The notes: generated from the letters alone by a model not told the origin. 64,000 bases of DNA from the human T2T-CHM13v2.0 reference genome, Homo sapiens (GCF_009914755.1 NC_060926.1), one strand, 5' to 3'. Positions 14,905 through 29,698 are shown, numbered from the stretch's first letter. Numbers and translations are program-made.

Positions 14905-15403
14905 TTTTTGGAGATTCTGTTTTTTATTGCTGTGTGACAAACTACCACAAAACTGTATTATATCTCAGGAATTATTCCGCTCTGAATTTGACAGGCCCTT
15001 TGGTAGTTTTCAGCTGGTGGCCAGTCCAATGTGGAGGGTCCAAGGTGGCTTTACTCAGGTGTCTGGTTCCTTGGTTCTTTGGTATACAGGGCTAAAAGGC
15101 TGGACTCAGGTGGTCCCCTCTTTCTTTTCGTTCTAGTATTACAGCCTCTCCATCTAGTCTCCCCTGCTAGGTTGTGTGAGTTTTTACCTGGCAACTCAGG
15201 GCTCCAAGAGACCGTGTATCAAAAGGCAGGAAGTGCAACCTGTCAATCTCCTGAGCCTGATCAAAACACTGACTCCATCACTTCTACAATATATCGTTGA
15301 TCAAAGTTGTCACAGAATCTACCCAGATTCAAGAGCAGAGGACAAAGACCCTCTCTCCTATTGGGAATAGGGTTAAATCATTTGGGCCATTTTAATCTAC
15401 CAC
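14905..15403 (-). mobile_element. MLT1 (MLT1G/H-like) MaLR LTR
   Basis: attgctgtgtgacaaactaccacaaaact at the left; ggccattttaatctaccaca at the right. Confidence 0.7.
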
Positions 15404-15973
15404 ATGGGAGTTTGTGTTTCTGACTGTTTTGCCTAGAGCCTGCTCATGATGTTTCCCTCATCACTTCCTTCTAACTTACCTAAATTGTCAATACCTGAAG
15501 TTATAATTTCATGTTTTACCTATCAAAAATAAAATTTTCAAAAACTATTCATTATGGCAATATCCTATTTATTGACTTTAGATATTTTAGCACATTCTAA
15601 ATTATTTTTTGTTGCTACTTTTATTATTCACGTTCTCCTTTACTAAATGTAATTGCTAAAATAAACAAAATTTAATCTATCTTCTTCACTATTTTTTTCT
15701 CTAGCTCCTAGCACTTTACTCAGGGCACTCAATTTTCTGTTTGTTTGTTTGTTTGTTTTTTTTGGATGATAAGGACAGTGAGGCTAAGAATGTGAAATGT
15801 TTTCCTGAGTATATGAGACTATATAGTAGCAGGTTCAAGAAAACAGCTGTCCAAAAAAAAGAAAAGAAAAAAAGAAAACTAGCACTTGACAAGTTAATAG
15901 ACAGGAAAGACTTTATTCAAGACTCTTGCAATAGGACAGAGAGATTGACTCAACTTTGCTAAAAAGAAAGGCA

Positions 15974-16261
15974 GGTAGGGTGTGATGGCTCATGTCTGTA
16001 ATCCCAGCACTTTGACAGGCTGAGATGGGTGGATCACCTGAGGTCAGATGTTTGAGATCAGCCTTGTCAACATGGTGAAACCCTGTCTCTAATAAAAATA
16101 CAAATGTTAGCTGGGAGTGGTGGCGGATGCCTACAGTCCCAGCTTCTCAGTAGGCTGAGGCATGAGAATTACTTCAGCCCAGGAGGCGGAGGTTGCAGTG
16201 ACCTGAGATCGCGCCACTGCACTCCAGCCTGGGCGACAGAGGAAGACTTGGTCAAAAAAAA
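15974..16261 (+). mobile_element. AluS (Sx/Sz-like)
   Basis: Full dimeric Alu with ggatcacctgaggtcag and an A tail. Confidence 0.95.
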
Positions 16262-16941
16262 TAGAAAAGGCGCTCTGGGACTTTTAATCACTGACACGAT
16301 GTGCAGTATACCTATACAACTCTTTGGCATCTGCCCAAGAAAAGGAGTTCAGGACCATAAACAGAAAATATACAGTGAAGTAATATTAATTTATTTTATT
16401 GTTTTAATATATGTATAATGTATAATACATGTATAATGTATAATATATGTATGTATGCATTGTTTTAATACATGTATAATCCAATATATGTAATAGTGTA
16501 ATACATACTAGCAAATATAGAACAATGAACTTGAACAGAGTTTCCTTCTGTAAAATGGAACACAAATCATGAGAAATAAATTTGGCAAAGAAGTGGTAGA
16601 ACACCTCACCACATTTTAAAGAGTTGCTAAAAGGCATCTATATAGACCTCAAAATAATGCCACAATTTTTCAGCCAAGAATAAGCATCTAAGTGAATGTA
16701 AATTAAGGAGAGGGAGAGATTTGTGTATGAAGAGAGATGTCACAATATTTCCATCTATTGTGCTGTTGTTTAAATTCAATCTGACTCTTAATTTCAGAGA
16801 TAGGTTATTGGATTTTTTTTTAAAAAAATAGGATATGAGGAGTATCAGCACTAGTATTATTCAGATGCTATATATACTTAACAGAAGGATCTAACTTAAT
16901 CCAATGATATCAAGCACAATTTACCTTAGGAAGTATATTTT

Positions 16942-17420
16942 CATTCATTCATCCATTCAACAAATATCTATTTAACTGTTACTTTATGCTAGGAACTGTT
17001 CTAACTTTTATAGATAAAACAATGAATAAAGCATTCAATTGTCTTGCTCTAATGAAGCTTATATTTTAGTTGGAGAACACAGATGGTAAGCAACATGCAT
17101 AATATGAGAGGCAATAACAATGAAAGAAATTAAACCTGTTTAATATAGTATCTGAAGGGAGAGTATAAAGAAATTAAGCAAAATAACGGTAGATGTGAAT
17201 AGTGTTTCATTTGGAGGCTACCATGATGTGCTTAGTAAAAACCAGTATGCTAATTTCAAGGAAAGTTGTGGCTAGATAAATATCACAAGATGAGGAGTAT
17301 TATACGAGGAAGTTGAAAAAGAAGATAAGGCCTATATGATTCAAATCTGTGGAGGTAATTGCATGGATTTCTCACTTTATCATAATAAAATTGAAAGCTA
17401 TTAGAAAAACAGTAACTACA
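16942..17420 (-). mobile_element. L2 3' end
   Basis: cattcattcatccattcaacaaatatctatttaactgttactttatgctagg. Confidence 0.65.
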
Positions 17421-18029
17421 AAAATATATATGAGTTTCTGGATGCAGAGACTACTATTACATTTTGATCTGAGGGGATAAAGAAGAGAGTGATTAAGCAA
17501 TTATATTTGTTTCTTGGTTTGGTATCAGAAAATAGGATAAATTCTTCCTCTACAAAGTATGCATTCTGTTAATAATGGTTTGAGAAGGTGTAAAGGCTGG
17601 TGAGAAGGAAATTGGAAAATATATGACTTATTTTTTTCTTTTAAATAATTTCTATTCTTGCTGTTTAATTGATGAATCTTGTACTGGTAAAAGGTTGAGA
17701 GCTAGGTCCATTTGTGTTTTCTCTTCTTTGAAAGAGTTATGGTTATTTTCCTGGGGATAACCCTGAGATACTCATTTCTTTGTCAGGGTGAATCATTACA
17801 GGCTCTAATTTCTTTATCTATGTAGGGTGTATAGTTTCAGAAACTTGAAGGGCACCGTAGATTTCCAACTATGTGGCAAAACCAGAAATATGATAAGTAT
17901 TCACTATATAGGCAGTATGTATGTATATGATATGTATTCACTATATAGGCAGAGTTTCACTTCTAAAAAATGTCTCTGTTTAAATAAGCAAAGTAATAGA
18001 AAAAAACCTGGGAGAGGTGTATTTGCTTG

Positions 18030-18494
18030 TGTATTAGTCAGGGTTCTCTAAAGGAACAGAACTAATTATATACATATATGTGTGGGGGGGGGGGCAGTTT
18101 ATTAAGCAGTACAAAATCACACAATCACAAGGTCCCACAATAAGTCGTCTGCAAGCTGAGGAGCAAGGAAGCAAGTCCAGGTCCCAAAGCTGAAGAACTT
18201 GAAGTCCAGTGTTCGAGGGCAGGAAGCATCCAGCATGAGAGAAAGATGTAGACTGGGAGGCTAAGCCACTCTAGTCTTTTCACGTTTTTCTGCCTGCTTT
18301 ATATCCTGGCCATGCTGGCAGCCGATTAGATTAAGGAAAGTTGTGTGCCTACCCACATTAAGGGTGGGTCTGCCTTTCCCAGCCCACTGACTCAAATGTT
18401 AATCTCTTTTGGCCGTACCGTCACAGACACACCCAGGATCAATACTTTGCATTCTTCAATCCAATCAAGTTGACACTCAGTATTAACCATCACA
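18030..18494 (-). mobile_element. MLT2A1 LTR (3' LTR of the HERV-L provirus)
   Basis: tgtattagtcagggttctct...ccaatcaagttgacactcagtattaaccatcaca. Confidence 0.92.
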
Positions 18495-18520
18495 AGTATA
18501 CGGGTTGTTAACTTGAACTA

Positions 18521-18881
<361 letters not shown>

Positions 18882-19317
18882 TTATGCCTAACATAACACA
18901 ACTATCCTTTGTACAACTGGAAACACCCAACACCCAACCCAAATGCTATTACGTAAAGCTAACAATACTTAAATGCTGATACGAAGTCAATAAAACTTAT
19001 GTCATCATAAAAGGAAAGAAAATGAAGATATTTTCTTAGTACAAGTTTATACATGCACAAACATGTTTTGTAACAAAAGAAGGATCAAATACTCATTACA
19101 ATTACAGTCCTCATTTCTGCAACTGGTCGTGTGTCATAGCTGGTATTGATGACTACCTTCTTCTACTACCCATTCTGTATTCCCTTTACCTTTAGCAAGC
19201 ACCTCAGCAGGTTATTTTTTTTTTTTTCCTGGTGGAGCAACCCAAACCTTCATTCCTGAAGGGTCTGGGCCATTTGTAGTCCTGCATGGATTGGGCAGTT
19301 GTAGTTTTCCATTGACC

Positions 19318-19660
19318 TTAATTACAGGGCCCTAATGGATCTCCTGTATTCCATGCATACTCTTCCTTACCTCTGTTGTAGAGTAGTAGACTGATTTCAT
19401 CTTGACAGTCCAGGTCAATCACCCCAGCCAACACTGTAACTCTCTTCTTAGCCTGTTGACTTAAAGGTATGAGGAGCCCAAAGTGTCCAGGTGGCAATCT
19501 TAACTTCCAGTTTAATGGAATCGTTGTTGTACCTCCTGGTGGCAGCATTCCTCCCTCTGGAACTAAGACATCTACACCAGCAGAATGTAATGCTGCAGGA
19601 ACATGGAGCAAAAATTTTGCTGTTGTATCACTAGGGGTGATGGTGAGTGGTGCCACTTTC
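19318..19660 (-). pseudogene. HERV-L dUTPase remnant
   Basis: SAGVDV (motif 1), GLLIPLSQQ (motif 2), GVIDLDCQDEI (motif 3), then GDPLG and a premature stop. Confidence 0.85.
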
Positions 19661-19699
19661 ACTTTCACCCCTTGATTCCTGGACCGGTCCTGTGAATCC

Positions 19700-21056
19700 T
19701 GGCTATGAGAGAAACAGTACCATATATTGGATGCTGATTCAGAGCATATGTGGCCTTCTGGAGACTTTTCCCCAGCCCTGCAATGTATTGTCACCTAGTT
19801 GGCATTGTAATTGTGATGTCAAAAGGCCATTCCACCGTTCTATCAATCCAGCTGCTTCAGAATGATGGGGAACATGGTAAGACCAGTGAAGTCCATGAAC
19901 ATGAGCCCAGGGCTATGCTTTTTTAGCTGTAAAGTGATGCCTCAGTCAGAGGCAATGCTGTGTGGAATAGCATGATGGTGGGCATTCCGTGAGTCCACGG
20001 ATGGTAGTCTTGGCAGAAGCATTGCATGCAGGATACACAAACCCATATCTGGAATAAGTGTCTATTCCAGTGAGGACAAACCTCTGCCCTTTCCATGATG
20101 GAAGAGGTCTAATATAATCAATTTGCCACCAGGTGGCTGGCTGATTGCCCCAAGGAATGGAGCTATATTGAAGGCTCAGTCTTGGTCTCTGCTGCTGGCT
20201 AATTAGGCACTCAGCAGTGGTCATAGCCAGGTCAGCCTTGGTGATCAGAAGTCCATGTTGCTGAGCCCAGGTATAACCTGAATCCCTGCCACCATGGCCA
20301 CTTTGTTCATGGGCCCATTGGTGATGACAGGGGTGGCTAGGAAAAGAAGCTGAGTGGTGTCCACAGAACAGGTCATTCTATCCACTTGATTATTAAAATC
20401 TTCCTCTGCTGAGGTCACCTGTTGGTGAACACTCACATGGAATACAAATGTCTTCACAGATATTCATCCACATCTGGATGAATCTCTTTCACAAATTTGT
20501 CACCAATTTTTTTCCAATCATGCTATTTTCAAGTCCCTGACCATCCAGCCAAACCATTGGCTACAGCCCATGAATCAGTATATAATCACACATCTGGCCA
20601 TTTCTCCTTCCATGCAAAGTGCCCAACCAGGTGCATCACTTGAAGTTCTGCCCACTGGGAAGATTTCCCTTCACCGCTGTCCTTCAGGGATGTCCTATAA
20701 AGGGGCTGTAGTTCTGCAGCTGTCCACTTTCGGGTGGTGCCTGCATATCATGCAGAACCATCTGTGAACCAGGCGCTAGTCTTCTCTTCCTCTGTCAATT
20801 GATCATAGGGAACTCCCCATGAAGCTATCGGTGCAGGCTGAGTGAGAGAAGGCAGGGTGGAAGGAGTGGAGACCATGGAAATTTGAGCCACCTCCTCATG
20901 TAACTTACTTGTGACTTCAGGACCTGCCTGAGTCTGATCACATATGTACCACTTCCATTTGATGATGGAATGCTTCTGTGCATGACTCATTTCAGAAAGC
21001 ACCCAGTTCATGATAGGCAGTTCAGGTCGCATGGTGACTTGATGATCCATAGTCAA
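19700..21056 (-). pseudogene. HERV-L pol remnant (connection/RNase H/integrase), frameshifted
   Basis: WFTDGSA (RNase H N-terminus), HVSVHQ...NNQVD (RNase H C-terminus) and WQIDYIRPLP...GIDTYSRYGF (integrase core), split across frames. Confidence 0.88.
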
Positions 21057-21826
21057 ACATGCAGTGTAACTATCACAACTTATTAATTAATTAGTTGTTT
21101 GTTTGTTGTTTACTGTTATTTTTTCAAAGATGAGAGGGTGATTTGAAAACAAACAAACAAACCACACACGCAGAATTTTGTTGCATGGGATAAAGTCAAG
21201 ATCAGGAAAAGAAAGAAACAAAGTTGAGATAGTAAAAAATTTTCCTCCAAACTGACACTGACATTTCCTTTCAATCTACCCACCCATTCATATACCCAAA
21301 CTATTTCTAAAGTGTCATTCATGGGACTTGTAACTTTTATTTTCTAGGGAGAAAGCATTTATCTTTCAATCAACAGCATCAGTCTCCTTTATGATTAACA
21401 GGATAAAGGACTGTCCCTTCTTGGCAGAGGCTAAATTTATTTCCCTGATTTTACATCCCTTCTTTAGGAAATATTAAAATGAAAACAAACAACCACTGTA
21501 ATTCCAGTATTTCCTAATAATGCACTGCTTGATTTATTGTGTCAATAGAATCTTATGGGATTTGTACTACCAAGTAAGGGAACTCATTTACATGTTGAGA
21601 ACCCATTTCTGGCATACATAAAAGCCGTGAGATTTACTTTACAATGTGCCAGGCCATTTATGATAAGGGTCAATTTACAACTGCTACAATAACATTAGCA
21701 ATAAACAGTCAAACTATACCTATTGTTAGTCTTTAAAACTATTGCTACTAGAAATATTCCCCAGCCTCTAATCCCTACATACATGAAAGTGGATTTATTT
21801 TTCTTTTTTCTCTTTTTAAAACATAA

Positions 21827-22128
<302 letters not shown>

Positions 22129-22370
22129 TAGACTTTATTTTTTAGTATAGTTTTAGATTTGCAGAATAATTGAGCAGATAATATATACAGCTCCATATAA
22201 CTCTACACCCCTACCCACAACTGCTTGAAGTTTCCTATATTATTTACATCTTGCATTGCTGTGGTACATTTGTTATAATTAATAAACTGATATTTATGCA
22301 TTATTATTAACTCTAGGCTATAGTTGATATTAAGGTTCACTCTGTCTTGTACAGTTATATGGTATTTTAT
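22129..22370 (-). mobile_element. L1MC/L1MB 3' end
   Basis: tagactttatttttt...gttttagatttgcagaataattgagcaga...tgtggtacatttgttataatt. Confidence 0.7.
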
Positions 22371-22429
22371 CTACCACCTACTATTTTCAGACATGTACAT
22401 ATTTTGGATCCCTCTGCAATATCAATTCT

Positions 22430-23305
22430 ATCATTCATTTATTCAGAATTTATTTATTGAACGCCCATTATGTGCCAAAAATCTATTTATGTACTGTGAA
22501 TATGGCAGGACATAAAAAAGCAAAAATCTTGTCATTCTTTGAGTTTATATTTCAGAGTCACAGGCAGACAGTGAACATGATAAATAAATAATTACATACA
22601 GTATGTTAGTAGATAGACATACAGTATAAGGAGGAAATAATTAAACATGAAAAAGGAATTGACGGTATCAGGGAGAAAGATAAAATTTTTCAACAAGGTG
22701 GTTAGAGAGGTACTCACTGAGAAGATGAGAACGGAATGAGAGAACATGTCATTGTGTAGCTTAGGGAATGGCATATCAGATAGAGGACACGGCAAGTTCA
22801 AAATTCTGTAGGCAAGCAGGAGCTGGAGTTTTCGAGCAGCAACAATAAGCCCAGCGTGCAGAGTGAACAAGTAAGAAAATAAAGTAGATAAAATCAGAGA
22901 GGCAGTTGCAGGAGTTAGAGGGAGGGAGATCAAGGAAGAGATTTTAGATCAGAGCAGAAATACCCATTTGTGTTTTTTTAGTGGAATGGGAAAACCGAAA
23001 ATATTTTGAACAGAAAAATGATAAAATCTGACTCATGTTTCCAAAGGATTCTGCTCTGCTGGGAAGAGACAGCAAAGAGAGAAGGAGAGAAGGGGCCTAG
23101 TTGGAACGCTGTTGCAAAGACTGAGGTCTGAGATGAAGGTGTACTGGGTCATAATAGTAACAGCATTAAGTGGTAAAAAGAGGTCACATTGCGGGTATAT
23201 TCTAACAGTAGATCCGATAGGATTTCATCATGAGTTGGGTGTAAGGTGTCAAAGAAGAAAGGGAGTCAAGAATAAGACCAAAGTTTTGACCTGGACAAAC
23301 AGAAG
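22430..23305 (-). mobile_element. L2a 3' portion
   Basis: tcattcatttattcagaatttatttattgaacgcccattatgtgcc...aagggagtcaagaataagaccaaagttttgacctggacaaac. Confidence 0.75.
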
Positions 23306-24475
23306 CATCTTTTGTTCTTATTTCTTAACCTGTTCTCAAACAACTCAGTTCTCATATCCCGTGACCATTAAAACAGTATCTGATTGCCAACTCAAGTGAC
23401 AATAGCTCCATTTGACCCCATACTGCTTACTGCCTCTCCTCTTCTTTTAGAACATTTGAAATCTTAAACTCAATCTATCTAACTCGAGGCATGTTGTTTT
23501 ATTCTCCCCATTAGAAATGCAGCCTGTTCATTTGACCTCTATTTTCATCCTGGTCTCTATTTCTTTGGCCAAGTAACATTCAGTGCAGCTGTTTGATATA
23601 GTGATCTAATTTTAATCAGTCCTTCACCCTCTGCACCGAGCTTCCAACATGCCCATTTTTATCAGTGAGCATAGAAGTAGGATGAAACAGTGAAGGAAAG
23701 GTACAAGAATTAGACATTTTTTTTTCATCCTCCTTTGGGTGATTGTTAAGTCTGACAGAATCCCGTGGCCAAAATGAGATAGCTCTTCCTGTGACACATA
23801 AAAAATAAATAGTAATAGCATCCTTGCAATCCAGACTGCTTTATTTTATGTTTACCACACACAGAAAAAATGAAGAAGTTCTTTGGACATTCTCTCTTCA
23901 TTGCTTCTGCTACATTCCCCTCTGCTTTTGTGCACATACTGAACATCCTGCAAGGTTCAGCTCAGGCCCACTGCTTTCATCGGGAAGGTTCCTCTAAATG
24001 CTGAGTATTATATATATATACATATTTAAGATCTACAGAACTCTTCCTCTAGAGAGCTTCTTTGGAACTCTCTTACACTGATTAATATTAGTTAGTTGTC
24101 AATATGCATTTATGCCTGGCTTTCACATATTTAATATTATGATCTGTGAGAGCACGGACTTCAATTTATCCATAATGCAGTGCATAAAGCCAGTAAATAC
24201 GGATTTAACTGTTTCATTCCTTTGTCTCACCAACTTCTGTTAGTTGAACTTGTTTTTATTTGGTTCGAGGTTGTTGTCCTTCTCTCCTGAAAATGAGCAA
24301 TGCCCTGCCTGTGACTTCCCTCCCCTGTGCCCTGCGAATGAAGTCGTCATTGTAGTTGCTCCACCCAGCTGGAAGTCCACCTAATAAGATTTGATCAAAT
24401 AATGGAATAAATAAATATTAAAATGGGATTCACCTTAGAGAATAGATCTCTCACTCAATGTGGAAAACTTTTAAC

Positions 24476-24778
24476 TGCACTGTCCAATTCAGTAGCCACT
24501 AAGCCCATGGCTAATCCACATTTCAAGGGTAACTGAAATTCACATGGAATTTCCAATGCTTATATAAAAATATAAAATAGCTCATTTTTATATTTATTAT
24601 AGTTTAATGATAATATTTTGTATATTTTGAATTGTCAAATATAACATGTCATTCATTTTAACTTCTATTCTTTTTATAAAGATAAAGAAAAATTTTACAA
24701 TAAGAAAATTTATAATTACATTACGTGGCTCACATTTTTGGTTCACACTTTGGGGTTTTTTTTTTTTGGACACTGTTT
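24476..24778. mobile_element. MER33/MER3-like hAT-Charlie element
   Basis: cactgtccaat...ttggacactg ends; aaaatttataattacattacgtggctcacatt. Confidence 0.6.
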
Positions 24779-27700
24779 TTCTTTAATATGTATTGTAGGC
24801 TGAATACTTATAGTGACAAAGAACCCACTCCTTACCTCGGCAACAATACATTTCCTTCTCCAAGCGTAGTTAGGCAACTCACGGATGTTTAAACCTTAAA
24901 TACCTCTTCTCTACTGTGAACCAAATCTGATTTCTTATAATTCAGCTCCATAGATTCTAATGATGCTTGCTCTTTTTATAAATAACCCGATAAACTTTTC
25001 AAATACTTCAACTTCATTCAATTATATAACATATTCATTTAGTCTGCACCAATGCAATAAGCCTGCCAGGTATTAGATTTATATTTTACTATATCTTGCT
25101 TCAATCAAACACAGTAAACTTTGTTTAAATTTCTGGGACTTTTTAAAGCTAATATTGGTGTTTCTCTTTGTTAGATTAACCTTGGAGTCTCTGCCAAATT
25201 ATAGCTTGTGAGCAGGAGTCACTACTTTTCTACCCGTGAAGTTACCCTGTAGTCTTCATTCTGACTTCTCCAAGCATCTATTATTCCTCTCACATTCACC
25301 TGTTTACCCTGTTGAAATCCTCATGATGCCTTTTTATATTAGGCAAAGGTAAAAAAAAAAAAACACAGCCTTTGCAAATGTTTCTTCTGCATGATAAATT
25401 CACTTGATTATTGGGGATGTAACAAAGGTACTATAGAAGAACAAGGGAGAAGATCAATTCAATTGATAATACTAAAAAGAAATCAACAGCTCAAATTAAA
25501 CCAACAGCATTGGTTTCTTCTAACTCTGTTCCATCACATTAAACCCCTTGAAAATCACTACTCAAGGTATCTGGAGTGTACATCTACTTTAGAGTTATTT
25601 TTTTCCAATTTAAAAGATAAACTCTAAGGAACTGTGTGCCCATCATGTGTGCTTTTCTGAAGACATAATTGCTTGCTAAAGTCTGGATCTAAAAGTCACA
25701 GTGAATCTTGGTTATAAACCTGAAGTATGCAAACTTGACAAATTTTGAGTTGCTGCTAATATGGAGATGAAACAAGATTGGAGAGATACTTATTTCTCTG
25801 CAATTAAGGGTAATTACATGTTTTGGCCTGATCATTCCCTTTATGGTCAGAACAATGCTAGGTTCTTCTCTAATCCAGAGGGAAGTTCAGTCTCCCTCAG
25901 TAATTATCCCAACCACCTGGTGTGAAGAGTAGGACCAAGCTCAACCTAGTAAATAAATTATATAATATAAGCAGTGATGTAAGACTCTAAGTATAGTAGA
26001 AATGAGAATTAAAGAAATTGACAATCCTATACATTTGATTCTTTTAAATTAATATTGTGCTTTTCTGTATATAATTTTTAGTGTCCTTCTCAGTTATTGT
26101 TACAGTACACTTATGTATTATCATTAATATTATTATATGGAATCATAATGATTTAAGGATCCAACCACAAATGAAATGATAGTTGGAGAAAGTTAATAAA
26201 GTTAATGTGTGGTAGAACTGGGATGTAGTGGGTTGTCTTTTAGGTTGTATAAGTCTGACTTATGGGACCTACTTATATTTCAGTTTATTAATTTTCAATG
26301 AAATATGCATAGATTACAAAGATAGTACAGTGATGAAAATAAAAGGTAGTTCTCTCTGGTGAACATAACAACTAGGATTTACTAGGTTATCTGCCAAATT
26401 CAAAAAAAAGAACTTAAATTGAAGAGAATGGAACTGAGAAAGGGTAAATATTGTGATGGCATTGGTTGAGGGGCTGTGATAGAAGGATATGAGGTTACTT
26501 ACTGTCTGAGAGAGTGTCAAGACATAGAAAAACAGAAGTGTGATTCAACAGATATCAGTGTGGCTGAGAGTTAAATCTTGTTAAAACATGTCAACTTGGG
26601 AACATTTTCAATCAAATGCAGGGTAAAAGAAGTACTGTTTTTAGAGGAGGGGTTACTGTCATGAGATTTTTGAGAACTGCGATCTATGTCATTCAGTAGC
26701 TCAGACGTTGTAGGCAAAACACTTCTCTATTTGCTTCACTGACATAATATGACAAATCACAATGATTGATGTGGTAATGAAAGAAGTATGTGAAAGTAGT
26801 TGGGCAAAATATTTTAACAAAGGGGTCAGTTTCCATCATAACTAAGATATTTTAAGGCCGCTTCAATTGGTGCAACAGTTTAAATTCAAAGCTTATCAGT
26901 TCATATTTTGCTCAAACTGATAGGAAACAAAAACAGATGAGTTATTTTTTGAAACTGGTTTTCTATAAACAATGACTATGCCAAGTCAATGGTTGCTCAT
27001 CTGATAAGTGCTTCCTATAGCAAGTAGTTTAATGTGACTGAAGACATTGGAGCTGAAACCCCTGACGTAAAGAGAAGACAATGCACACACTTCCAAAGAA
27101 AGAAGAGGCACTGTTGCCTTTAAGAAGCACCATCGTGGCAAATTCTAGCTACTATACCATCATCAGAAATCCTTGTGATTCAGTTAAAAAAATTGAAAGC
27201 AAAGAAACATTTACTGTTATCTGTGTAAAGCTAAAGCTATTTAAAGAAGCCAGTGCTGTCGTAAAAATTATACCTGGAGCTTGGCAGATAGTGTCATTGC
27301 TTTCAATCTGCTAGTATTTAGAGCAAACCGACAGGGAAATGCTAATGAGTGTGCAGGTATGCACAGCACCATCTGACACCAATCACAGGCAACAGGAATA
27401 AAAACAGGTATTGGGAACAAAACAAAGAGCAGGACAGATTCCCAAAGGGAACTGTGTCAGGATGGGATCCACAGTTATCTTAGACTCCATAAGGCCAGGT
27501 GCAGATTACTCTACGCCTCCTTCTGTCACTCCTTGTTAGCGATATTCCTAATAAGCCAAACCTGCTATACATTGATCATATCAGCCATGCGTATTTAACT
27601 AAGAGATTATGCTAGGAAATAGTGAAGTCAAACCCTGTCTCTAGATCATGTTACTCCAAAACTCCATACTTATTATTTTTCTTTTTAATCCATACCTCAA

Positions 27701-28064
27701 TGAGAAATGTCTTCCTAAAATATTTACCCCAGCTCTTGATGGAAGGCAATTATGAGAGGAGTCTCATTTTCCACTTGGTGGTAGAGGAAGCTGAAAGCTA
27801 TGATATTGGATTATTTATCAAATATTTGCCACAGGTTATCTTTATCAGAAGCTGCCCACACCAGAAAGTAGTCTACATTCCTACAAAATTGGTTCCTGCT
27901 GCAAGGCCCAAGTTACAAATTTCCTGAGCTCTAGGGATCCCCATAGTTACTGCCAAGTAGATTATTATCTGAGAAGAGGGAACAATTCAGGTCATCAGAC
28001 ATTTTCTCATATATCACCTATCTGGATTGGGACTTCCAACTTACATTTTGCTCCATTCTGCTTT

Positions 28065-28550
28065 ATTTATTAAGTGCTTATATTTCAATCACAATTTTAT
28101 GCCCTAAAGACCAGGCAAGGACTAAACAAGAAATGTCTCTTCCTTGACAAACCTTATGTTCTGGTGAGAGAGATGGAAGCAAAACAGACCTATCTGTAAA
28201 AATATTCAGACTGCTAAGTGCTATGAAGAAAATGAAGGAAGGCAAGAGTTCAACTTTGATTGGGGTCCAGAAGAAGTTTTCTTGAGCAGAGAACAGAAAC
28301 AGGAGAAAATGAGCAATGGAAGGTAAAGACGACACCAAGAGCAACTTCCTGGATGGGAACAAGTGTGGCCAGAAACAGCCAGTAGGGCTGGAGTCAGACA
28401 AGCAAGGAAGAGAATGTTAGCGGAGAAATTCAGAAAGGCATGCTACAGCCAGGTCACGTAGGAAAATGGCTTTCTACTCTGGAGAGCCATAAAAAAGTGA
28501 ATGCTCAGGTCTTTTCCCTAGAGAATATAATTTGACTGCTCTGGTCAGGC
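28065..28550 (-). mobile_element. L2 fragment
   Basis: tttattaagtgctta...aagtgctatgaagaaaatgaagg. Confidence 0.55.
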
Positions 28551-28947
28551 TCTGGGCACAGTTATATTTTTAAAGCAGTCTGGATTTATCTTAATATAAA
28601 ATCCAGATTTGATAACAATTAAAGCAGGATGTACAGGCTGCCTTTTTCTCCCACACCTCTTACTCCTCTCCCTTCTCCTTCTTTTTTTCCTAAATGTGAT
28701 GGGAAGATCCTTTTGGGTGTTAAGTAGGGGAGTGGAAACATCTTATTTATCTCTTTAATGTAAAATTTTGGAAAAAGTGCAAGGATTAAAAAGCTAATCT
28801 TGAGAAAAATATTGGGAAAATTGTTGAATTTATTCTTCAAGTTTTCACCATATATATTCTTCAGAATGGAGAAAACGAGAAAAAATTATACTATAAGCTA
28901 TTATATTTGTTGTGTTTGCTGGAAGAGTGGGCAGCAGAACATGTTTT

Positions 28948-29262
<315 letters not shown>

Positions 29263-29698
29263 TCAAACATGTTTTTCAAAATGTAGACTGATAATGACAT
29301 TTATTCTATCTTTCTCAGCTTAGAATTAAATGAAAATTATCTATTCCTTTTACCCTTGATGTAATTATCATTGCTATAGGCATTATTTGCACTTTTTAAA
29401 GAATAACGTAAGATTTATAATTCAGGCATTAATTTGTTTTTAAGTAATTACATATTCATTCATACTGGCATCATTCAAAACCATTAATGCATGTGTTCAC
29501 CAGATATCAACAACCTTGGAGATGTATTGGTAAATAAAACACAGTTTGCTCTCATATTTTATATATAAATAGTTACAGTATTATGAGATATGTACTGTCA
29601 TCAAGGCATGTGAAAAAATGGAGAGCATATAGCATAAGGACAAAGATCATTCAACTAAAAATATTTAACTTTTAAAAATGCATAAAGATGGTGTGTGT

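Larger units (their letters stand above)
12990..15735 (+). mobile_element. Fragmented L2 (RT region to 3' end) hosting nested LTRs
   Basis: actccactgaagttgtttttgtaaag...aatggtcaattctcagtcctccccttatttgaactattggcaacatttgacac matches the L2 RT motif (STETAL...LDLSAAFDT). L2 resumes at ~14563 and ~15405. Confidence 0.7.

Noticed and set aside
26740-26830. ATGATTGATG as a possible snoRNA C box
   Set aside because: No canonical RUGAUGA/CUGA pair with a terminal stem.
28579-28607. 9-bp inverted repeat tctggattt/aaatccaga
   Set aside because: Too short and without supporting context.
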